A stretch of 16,884 bases of DNA from a virus (lineage: Duplodnaviria; Heunggongvirae; Uroviricota; Caudoviricetes), in the IMG/VR virus record IMGVR_UViG_2675903366_000007; one strand, written 5' to 3'. Of this stretch, positions 7,810-14,261 are shown one piece after another; position 1 is the first letter of the stretch; each line of letters starts with the position of its first letter. The notes beneath the pieces were generated by a model. That model made no database searches, was not told the origin of the DNA, and worked only from the letters and a program-made list of their open reading frames with translations. A program made the position numbers and the translations under genes.

Positions 7810-8341
7810 AGAGGCTGCTAAGTGCATATCCTACCAACAACCAAGTAGAGCATTCCACTTGGTTGTTGTAGTATTGCTTATGTCTACAGCCTGGTTTATC
7901 GCCAATAAGTACATCATTTTAACATCCATTCCTTGGGGCGTATTAACTATCCTCATCTTACCAATTGCAAGTAGCGCAACCCTGTTTCATAAGTTATCTG
8001 AAACCCAAAAAAACGTTGCTGAGGATTTATCTCGCAATGAACAAAGAAGGTTAACAAGGCTTATTAAAGAAAAAAGCCGGGCAACATTATTCATGCTTAC
8101 GCTACAAATTTCGATAATAATTTTTGTGGCATTGATTAGCCTTGGCAATGAGTCCTCTTTTGTTCAACAGCACATTCATACTATAAGTAAATTCGTTGTT
8201 TGTGCTTTGGTTTTTTCACTATACTCATTAATCCCTGTTTTACTAGGAGTAAAGGAAGTCATTGATTTTGAAGGGTTAATAAAAACACGAAAAACATTAA
8301 ATAAGCGTAAAAAATCTGCATTATCCAAGCTTGGGAAGTAA
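7802..8341 (+). CDS. Cassette protein B: 179-aa integral membrane protein, four predicted TM helices
   Basis: The start overlaps the gene A stop by 8 nt (ATGAATAG). Hydrophobic segments lie at roughly aa 17-38, 43-62, 94-115 and 128-150. There is a charged central loop and a Lys/Arg-rich tail. Confidence 0.7.
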   Translation: MNREAAKCISYQQPSRAFHLVVVVLLMSTAWFIANKYIILTSIPWGVLTILILPIASSATLFHKLSETQKNVAEDLSRNEQRRLTRLIKEKSRATLFMLTLQISIIIFVALISLGNESSFVQQHIHTISKFVVCALVFSLYSLIPVLLGVKEVIDFEGLIKTRKTLNKRKKSALSKLGK

Positions 8342-8353
8342 TCCAAGCTTGGG
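8323..8353. repeat. Twin palindromes: ATCCAAGCTTGGG repeated 18 bp apart
   Basis: Copies at 8323-8335 and 8341-8353. The core CCAAGCTTGG is self-complementary, so the two copies can also pair as a 10-12-bp hairpin. Its 8-nt loop contains the TAA of gene B. Confidence 0.6.
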
Positions 8354-8362
8354 TTAGCACTC

Positions 8363-8704
8363 TTAAACCATTCTCAGAACACCATCAATAAAACCTAAAG
8401 CAGTTTGCAATTCCTTTCTGATCGTACCATCTGAGCATTTCCGCTTCTTTGCAATTGTACGGAGCGAAACCCCAATAACAAAATGTGCGATTATCAGCTC
8501 ATATTCTTCAGGCCTATATTTACGCAACCGAGCCACACAACTGTCTATCATAATGCCTTCGTCATCATCACACTGAATCCGGGACTTTTTGCCATGAGGT
8601 AAAAGCCCCTTGAAGCCAGCGGCTACCGGTTGCCAGTCCACTCCGCTATTGTCTGAAGCAGCCCAAGCCCCCCAACGATCCATCACTTCATACATATCAC
8701 GCAT
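8363..8704 (-). CDS. Q: Late-gene antiterminator Q (QuuD/DLP12-type Q family)
   Basis: MRDMYEVMDRWGAWAASDN..AAGFKGLLP...SR.QCDDDEG aligns by eye with E. coli QuuD (MRDIQMVLERWGAWAANN..AAGFKGLI...SRPQCCDDDA). ATG at 8704 follows GGAG by 7 nt; the track start at 8719 is a TTG. Confidence 0.85.
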   Translation of the reverse strand: MRDMYEVMDRWGAWAASDNSGVDWQPVAAGFKGLLPHGKKSRIQCDDDEGIMIDSCVARLRKYRPEEYELIIAHFVIGVSLRTIAKKRKCSDGTIRKELQTALGFIDGVLRMV

Positions 8705-8721
8705 CAACTTTCTCCACAAAA

Positions 8722-9717
8722 TCAGGCCAGCACGCCAATTGCCAGCGCACGATCGATAAAACGAAATATCAGCTCCAGCTGGGAGCCATACATCTCTTCA
8801 AATGCCACGGTATCCGCATGCAGCTCGTCGTGATGCTTTCTGCACAAAGGCAACACAAAGAGGTCATGCGCTTTTGTACCCATTCCACCCTGACCGTGAC
8901 CTATCAGGTGGTGGGGATCATCAGCAGGTTTTCCACAACATGCGCACGGCTGCGTCTTAACCCAACGCGTGTACTTTTCGTTAACCCAGCGGCGACGTTT
9001 TGGGCGTAACATAAAAGAGTCCGGCGACTCCGGATCCACTTTCAGCGCCAGCACCTTTTTTGCCTTATCCTGGATGATGCTGGTGGCAGGAACCGAAGGC
9101 ACAAGGCCACTTTCCCGGGTGACAGACGGCACAACAGGCTTTGGTAATCTCAGTGCCTTACGGGCTGCACTTTCCGGTAAGGCATCCGCCAGGTCATTAC
9201 GAATCAGCCACCAGCACAGTTCCGGCATTGTCACAACGTGACTGTCATCAAAACCGAGATCCCGACGCACAACAGACAACACCCAGCGGGCACAGTTATC
9301 CGTTGCCATTGACTCCAGCCGTTCCGTGAACTGATCGCGCAGCTGGTTATCGCAGTGCCAGCACAGACGGATTGCGCCCGGAGCGTGTCGCATTGTGGTC
9401 ATGTTCTCGCTGTGCCAGTCGGAATGAGGCCACTGGCAGCCTTTTTCACGAAGTAACCAGCTTTCAAGACATTCCACGCCACCAGCACGACGGATCACTG
9501 CCTCATTGCGGAACACGGCCCGAACGGCAGGATCATCCGCCAGCGGTTGTGATGCCGCCGGAACGGCACCGCTGGCGAAAGATGAATAACGTTCCGGCTC
9601 AGGCTCCAGCAGGACACGCCCCTGCATAAACAGGGGCATCAGCTCTGAACCAGGTCTGAACAATACGATCCCCATACGCGGGGCAATTTCAGGGGTCAGT
9701 AGTGCTCTCACAGTCAC
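8722..9717 (-). CDS. DUF968-family prophage protein (YdfU-like) with a C-terminal Cys/His-rich motif
   Basis: The C-terminus CACCGKPADDPHHLIGHGQGGMGTKAHDLFVLPLCRKHHDELH matches my memory of DUF968 proteins from Rac/Qin/Gifsy-type prophages. The start is uncertain: GTG 9717, or GTG 9711 which has better GAGG spacing. Confidence 0.65.
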   Translation of the reverse strand: MTVRALLTPEIAPRMGIVLFRPGSELMPLFMQGRVLLEPEPERYSSFASGAVPAASQPLADDPAVRAVFRNEAVIRRAGGVECLESWLLREKGCQWPHSDWHSENMTTMRHAPGAIRLCWHCDNQLRDQFTERLESMATDNCARWVLSVVRRDLGFDDSHVVTMPELCWWLIRNDLADALPESAARKALRLPKPVVPSVTRESGLVPSVPATSIIQDKAKKVLALKVDPESPDSFMLRPKRRRWVNEKYTRWVKTQPCACCGKPADDPHHLIGHGQGGMGTKAHDLFVLPLCRKHHDELHADTVAFEEMYGSQLELIFRFIDRALAIGVLA

Positions 9718-9718
9718 C

Positions 9719-10516
9719 TCAATGAACGGTATCGAGCAGCTTTAACAGCTCAGGGAATCGGGATTCGAAGAAATGCGGCTGCGTCTCGCGCGGATTTGCG
9801 GGACTGGTGATGTTCTTGCCGAACATGCAGCCTTTCGCTGTCAGCGACCAGAATTTTTTGATGTTGTTAATCGAGGTACGGCTGTATCGTTCGCGTTGTT
9901 CAACGATCCCCAGCTTCGCCATCTGGTGATATGCCTGATTAGCCGTCAGGCAGATACCATACTGTTTCAGCAGTGCACTCAGTGACAGTGTCGGGCGACT
10001 TGAGCCATCAGGCGCGTCAGCAGGAGCATCAATGGCATAGCGCGGTGCCAGATTCGGTAAGCCAACAGCCTCCTGAAGCTTCTGACAGGCACCAAGCACT
10101 GAAGAGTTAGACAGGTTTAATTCCCGGCGCATAAAGTCCAGCAGAATCACACCAGCCTGCATCTTGTCAGCAGCCTGTCCGGATAATTTTTCCGGTGCGC
10201 TGGTTACCATGTCGAAAGTACGGATCACCTTCAGATGGAATGACGGGCTGATCCACATTGCATAGGCATACACCAGTTCTTTGCAGACATACGTCCCCTG
10301 GTTATTTCCGCCACGAATAACGTTAACTGGCTCTATATTGACCGAGTTGCAAATCTGCAACTCGCTTATTAAACGTTCAGTTTGCTCATTGCGGAGCCAG
10401 AATGCAGGCTTATGCTTATCCAGAGAACCGGCAGCCCTGTGCAGATCGTTCAGGCTGTAACGCCCATAAGCATCACGACGAACTTCAATACCATCAATGA
10501 CCATCAGATTATTCAT
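9719..10516 (-). CDS. KilA-N domain protein with a C-terminal antirepressor-like region
   Basis: YSLNDLHRAAG..KHKPAFWLRNEQT...GTYVCKELVYAYAMWISPSFHLKVI is a KilA-N signature. ATG at 10516 (MNNLMVIDG) follows GAGGAG and is preferred over the track start at 10549. Confidence 0.8.
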   Translation of the reverse strand: MNNLMVIDGIEVRRDAYGRYSLNDLHRAAGSLDKHKPAFWLRNEQTERLISELQICNSVNIEPVNVIRGGNNQGTYVCKELVYAYAMWISPSFHLKVIRTFDMVTSAPEKLSGQAADKMQAGVILLDFMRRELNLSNSSVLGACQKLQEAVGLPNLAPRYAIDAPADAPDGSSRPTLSLSALLKQYGICLTANQAYHQMAKLGIVEQRERYSRTSINNIKKFWSLTAKGCMFGKNITSPANPRETQPHFFESRFPELLKLLDTVH

Positions 10517-10535
10517 ACTTCGTTTCTCCTCTTGA

Positions 10536-10925
10536 TCAGGCGGCTGCACCCGCCGTTTTCTCGTACTTACTGATAGTGATCTCGACCTTCCCTTCCGGGA
10601 TAACCGGTCCCCACTCCACCAGCATTCTTTTCACCTGACTGTCGTCTTCCCACACCCCCGCGTGGGTCAGGGCGTCAAACAGCGCCTTGTTATAGTTGTC
10701 CAGATCGCGGATCCGGTTATCCGGAGGAAATAACACGATCTCCACAGAAGCAGGTGCCGACGTTGGTTTCGGCAGACGACGTAACTGTTCAACTATTGCT
10801 GCACACGCCGCGCTCTGGAATTTTCGCCCCGCCTCGCTTATCAGGCTCTTACCTGCAAACGCCCCTTTGTTGGGGTGTCGCCAGTACGTGTTCACGCTGG
10901 GCGGAAAAGGCAGAATCAGCTTCAT
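10536..10925 (-). CDS. rusA: RusA Holliday-junction resolvase
   Basis: LPFPPSVNTYWRH....RDLDNYNKALFDALTHAGVWEDDSQV matches the RusA conserved blocks (LPWPPS.N.YYRH, RRRDLDN..KA.FDALTKAG.W.DD.QV). ATGA overlap with the upstream gene. Confidence 0.9.
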   Translation of the reverse strand: MKLILPFPPSVNTYWRHPNKGAFAGKSLISEAGRKFQSAACAAIVEQLRRLPKPTSAPASVEIVLFPPDNRIRDLDNYNKALFDALTHAGVWEDDSQVKRMLVEWGPVIPEGKVEITISKYEKTAGAAA

Positions 10926-11248
10926 ACTTTCATACCCCTCTTATGTAACCAGTGGGTTGCACGCAGCCTGGCGTTTTCCTCACCGGCAAGCAGTGAGCGG
11001 ATAATCCCGACCGCCTCGCTGTCGTCGTCCTTCACCGCGGTATGAAGCGTTATCCCCCGGGCCACGCCACGCTTTATCGTGATGACGCCTTTTTTCTCCA
11101 GTGCGCGAAGATGCTCCACCGCTGCATTCACCGAACGGTATCCCAGCATGGTTGCCACCTCCTGATTGGTTGGCGGAAAGCCACGTTCTTGCTGGTAAGA
11201 AATCAGCATATCCAGCACCTGCTGCTGGCATTGAGTTAACGTCGTCAT
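10922..11248 (-). CDS. LexA N-terminal DNA-binding-domain-only protein (108 aa, no S24 peptidase domain)
   Basis: LTQCQQQVLDMLISYQQERGFPPTNQEVATMLGYRSVNAAVEHLRALEKKGVITIKRGVARGITL compares with E. coli LexA [65 protein letters not shown], about half identical by eye. ATG at 11248 overlaps the upstream stop (TAATG). Confidence 0.75.
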   Translation of the reverse strand: MTTLTQCQQQVLDMLISYQQERGFPPTNQEVATMLGYRSVNAAVEHLRALEKKGVITIKRGVARGITLHTAVKDDDSEAVGIIRSLLAGEENARLRATHWLHKRGMKV

Positions 11249-11742
11249 TAAGCCCCCACGTAATTCCCTGACAGATACCATTCATCACCCGATACAGCGC
11301 GCTTGCTGCTTTTCCGTAAGCACAGCTCACGACGCGCCAGAAAGTTGTTTCGTTCTGGCTGGGAGTGACTTTCACGGAATGCCGCCATCCACACCGTTGC
11401 AGCACGACGGTATAACCCCCTCGACTCCAGTTCTTCAGCCTGGCGGGTCAGGCATAAAATCACCCGGGGATCGTTAGTGCCGACATAGAAATTGCGCACA
11501 GGTCTGGTTTCACGAACTGGTTGTGGTTCCGGCTCCTGCGCTCTATCAGTCAGGCGCGGGAAATGTCTGCGTGTATCTCCTTCACAACGGTGAGCCACAC
11601 GCCCACTCTGACGTAACTTGCTTGCTGACTGCAGAACGCGCTGCCGTGAGTAATCTGCAAAAGCATCCGCAATGTCTGCGGAAGTACACCCCGGATGGGC
11701 TTCAATGAATTTCTGAACGTCATTCAAAAGACTCATGATCAC
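11248..11742 (-). CDS. PerC-family regulator domain protein with an N-terminal winged-helix-like extension
   Basis: QAEELESRGLYRRAATVWMAAF...ERNNFLARRELC resembles the PerC/Pch core motif (..GL.RRAA..W....R....C) as I remember it. Overlaps the stop of the replication gene. Confidence 0.55.
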   Translation of the reverse strand: MIMSLLNDVQKFIEAHPGCTSADIADAFADYSRQRVLQSASKLRQSGRVAHRCEGDTRRHFPRLTDRAQEPEPQPVRETRPVRNFYVGTNDPRVILCLTRQAEELESRGLYRRAATVWMAAFRESHSQPERNNFLARRELCLRKSSKRAVSGDEWYLSGNYVGA

Positions 11743-12557
11743 CCCCTGAATCCTGCCGGGATCTGGCTGTAGTCCACGTTGTCGTAACTGGCTTTGAAGT
11801 ACGGGTCCTCGCGTCTGGCTGCAGATACCGCAGGAACTTCCCAGGATTCTTCGAAATGACGATCCGGACCAAAGAACGTGACAGCCTGTTTCACAAATTG
11901 TGTGCCGCTGTTACCCATCGCAGATACCCAGCCCGCGTAGCGTTTCACACCTTCCAGCATGGTTTCGGGGTTTACCCCCTCATTCAAACGGGCTTTCCAG
12001 GCTTTGAAGGCTGCAGATTTTGAATTGCCACCAGCACGTTTGGGATATGCCAGCCATGCCTGCTCAAACTCCGGAGAGTATTCCGGTCGGTTTGAACGAA
12101 CTCGCACGGACTCATCAACTGATGCACCAACAGCTATTGGTTCATTGACTGATTCTTTGACTGGTTCAAAAGAGTGACTGGTTCTGGGTGAATCTCCTGC
12201 ACTACCCCCTGATGCAACTCCTGCACTACATGGTGAATTTGCTGCACCAGATAGTGAATTATTTGCACTACCCCCTAGTGAATCTCCTGCACCATCCAGA
12301 TGAAGGAGATAGATATTACTTGAGTTACCTTTTTCACCTTTCCGGGTGACTTTTTTTACCAGCCCGGACTCACAAAGGGCCGCAATATGATTCATCACAG
12401 AACGTTTGCTAATCTCGCACTGGTCAGCAATATGCTGATAGCTGGGCCAGCACTCCCCCTGATCGCTGGCATTATCAGCCAGCTTGATCAGAACCAGTTT
12501 TCGCAATGGATTACCCACTCGAATTTTCATCGCTTTAACCATCAGCTCCATACTCAT
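11739..12557 (-). CDS. Replication initiator (O-like; N-terminal HTH, central iteron-encoding linker)
   Basis: N-terminal wHTH (LRKLVLIKLADNASDQGECWPSYQHIADQCEISKRSVMNHIAAL). A low-complexity Gly/Ser/Ala linker is encoded by the iterons. It occupies the position of lambda O. GGAGG lies 6 nt before the ATG at 12557. Confidence 0.7.
   Translation of the reverse strand: MSMELMVKAMKIRVGNPLRKLVLIKLADNASDQGECWPSYQHIADQCEISKRSVMNHIAALCESGLVKKVTRKGEKGNSSNIYLLHLDGAGDSLGGSANNSLSGAANSPCSAGVASGGSAGDSPRTSHSFEPVKESVNEPIAVGASVDESVRVRSNRPEYSPEFEQAWLAYPKRAGGNSKSAAFKAWKARLNEGVNPETMLEGVKRYAGWVSAMGNSGTQFVKQAVTFFGPDRHFEESWEVPAVSAARREDPYFKASYDNVDYSQIPAGFRG
12188..12292. repeat. Candidate replication-origin iterons inside the O-like gene
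   Basis: Copies are GTGAATCTCCTGCAC (12188), GATGCAACTCCTGCAC (12211), GTGAATTTGCTGCAC (12233), GTGAATTATTTGCAC (12254) and GTGAATCTCCTGCAC (12278). Spacing is 21-24 bp. An A/T-rich stretch follows at about 12300-12360. Confidence 0.6.
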
Positions 12558-12778
12558 GCTGCACCTCCGAGATGCTTCATGTTTTTTCCGGAGCGAAAGG
12601 CTATAAGCGGCATACTGACGCGGTAATTACGGCCCAGCGGTTCACAAATCACCTTCTGACATTCACGGTCAACCAGGCTAACACGTAGAACATGCCCTGC
12701 AGGCGTGGTGTACCACTGACCCGGACGAGGACAACGGAAAGTCTGATTGGTAAACCGTTTGAAAATATTTCGGATCAT
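12554..12778 (-). CDS. Hypothetical protein (74 aa)
   Basis: Bracketed by ATGA overlaps with Rha (upstream) and the replication gene (downstream). No recognisable motif. Confidence 0.5.
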   Translation of the reverse strand: MIRNIFKRFTNQTFRCPRPGQWYTTPAGHVLRVSLVDRECQKVICEPLGRNYRVSMPLIAFRSGKNMKHLGGAA

Positions 12779-13292
12779 TTGCGCCCCCTTACCTCTGAAG
12801 AGTTCAGCGACGAATGAATAAGACGGGCAAGAAATGCCGCATCGTTAATTCGGTCATACAGACTTACTGCCAGCGGTGATTCAGCTTTTTCCAGCATGGG
12901 ATAAAGCTGCTGCAACCAGGCCTGATGAATTGATGAAATGTAGGAATAGAGAACGCTGGCGTTATGTGCAACGTCGCTCGGTACAGAGGGCTTTGAAAGC
13001 TGTTTCTCCATCTGGTTAAAGGCATTGATATATGCCTCTTTGAACTGGGCAGCACGTTTACCCGTGAAACCCATAGCAAGAAACGCAAAACCGTCGCGTG
13101 TGATTTGGTAGCAAGGAAGTTTGCGTCCTGTGCAATCAGTGTAATCACTCACCGAAAAATTGCGGGCAGTGAATGATGCTGAGCATTCAAGCGTGCGGAT
13201 CTTTTTCAGTACATCGTCATGACGTTTGGAGAAGAAGTTGGCAACAGCTAGGGATGAAGTAACAGCCTGACCATCAACGATGGCAATTTCAG
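12775..13292 (-). CDS. Rha-family phage regulatory protein, N-terminus lost in the assembly gap
   Basis: The track starts it at a GTG (13152), but the frame stays open up to the gap. My translation upstream is ..EIAIVDGQAVTSSLAVANFFSKRHDDVLKKIRTLECSASFTARNFSVSDY.., and with ..ITRDGFAFLAMGFTGKRAAQFKEAYINAFNQME this is the Rha signature. Confidence 0.8.
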
Positions 13293-13332
13293 NNNNNNNN
13301 NNNNNNNNNNNNNNNNNNNNNNNNNNNNNNNN
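13293..13332. other. Assembly gap (40 N)
   Basis: A run of n characters in the sequence. Confidence 1.
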
Positions 13333-13670
13333 ATGGCAGAATCAATGTGTTGGTGGTCCATCACACTCAACAAAATCACGCCTGAATTTCCACAAAGGAC
13401 TAAAGCACTCATGCGGGTAGTCTTTGCGAAGATAGATAACACGCTGTGTTTCTGGTTCCCAACGAATAACATGAACATAGAGCCCTCTTCCGTCACGAAA
13501 CCAGCGGTTAAGTTCCTGCACAACTCGCCCCCCACAGTCAGGTAAAGTTCTCTGTGGTTACTTACAGCCAGGTGATTTGGTAATCTGCATTCACGCCGTA
13601 ACAACAGGTGTTCAGCGGCACTGACCACCAGCTGTTGCGACAAACGGTTATTTGCCGTTAAACTGTTCAT
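13333..13670 (-). CDS. Hypothetical protein, C-terminus lost in the gap
   Basis: The ATG at 13670 overlaps the stop of the CII-like gene (ATGA). The frame is open to the gap. The X-containing tail in the track ORF is an artefact of reading through the Ns. Confidence 0.45.
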
Positions 13671-14230
13671 GCGTTAGTTTCTCCACAGACACAAAACGCC
13701 ACGACGCCCGGAGCTGCACACTCGCGGGCGTCACTCTTTTCTGGAGCGCAAAAGATTTTGTAGACCAGTGCTGCATGCTCCTGGAGCTTCGAAATTGACA
13801 GATACAACTCATCATTAATTGCTGTCTGCTCATGTGGCTCCACTACCCCATCTTCGATTGCCGAACGAATCTGCTTTGAGTAACTCCCGATCTGTTCGAT
13901 GACTTCCAGCAGGCGCTGGTTTATATCGGCGTTCTCTACTTCCTCAATTTCAGGAAGCGATACAAACACCCCACCAGCAGACTGTGCGACAGCATCCGCA
14001 ATGTAGTGAGTGCCAGCCGCGCGCTGTAAAATCATTGCCCATCCCAACGGGAAAATCTGATCACCATCTGCACGAAGGCGGTTGAATAAAGCATTCTCTG
14101 TTACATCAAGCCAGTCAGCCGCTTCAGCGTAACCACCCGGCAACGCCGCGATAGTTTTTCTGACAGCTTTCACGTACCACTCAGGCTGTTTTTCTACTTT
14201 CCAGTGATGCTTACCCACGGTTAGCCTCAT
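13667..14230 (-). CDS. CII-type regulator (186 CII/CP76, YdaT-like family)
   Basis: Directly downstream of cro. Segment ALFNRLRADGDQIFPLGWAMILQRAAGTHYIADAV parallels 186 CII LRNKLNPEQPHQFTPPELWLLTDLTEDSTLVDGFL (from memory). Confidence 0.6.
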   Translation of the reverse strand: MRLTVGKHHWKVEKQPEWYVKAVRKTIAALPGGYAEAADWLDVTENALFNRLRADGDQIFPLGWAMILQRAAGTHYIADAVAQSAGGVFVSLPEIEEVENADINQRLLEVIEQIGSYSKQIRSAIEDGVVEPHEQTAINDELYLSISKLQEHAALVYKIFCAPEKSDARECAAPGVVAFCVCGETNA

Positions 14231-14261
14231 CGTTCTGTGGTTAAAAATTGAAGGTGTTCTG

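Noticed and set aside
6691-8366. 9-bp direct repeat CACTCTTAA at 6691-6699 and 8358-8366, flanking the cassette like a target-site duplication
   Set aside because: A 9-mer match within a few tens of nt of both boundaries is only modestly unlikely by chance. There are no terminal inverted repeats or transposase. Removing the segment between the copies would put the Q stop about 25 nt from the terminator, leaving no room for a late promoter. It is kept only as a weak note.
10980-11405. 141-aa minus-strand ORF overlapping the LexA-like and PerC-like genes in another frame
   Set aside because: It is an alternative frame of two well-supported genes, with Arg/Gly-rich junk composition.
12864-13148. 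94-aa ORF in an alternative frame of Rha
   Set aside because: It is a shadow frame. The Rha frame carries the recognisable family signature.
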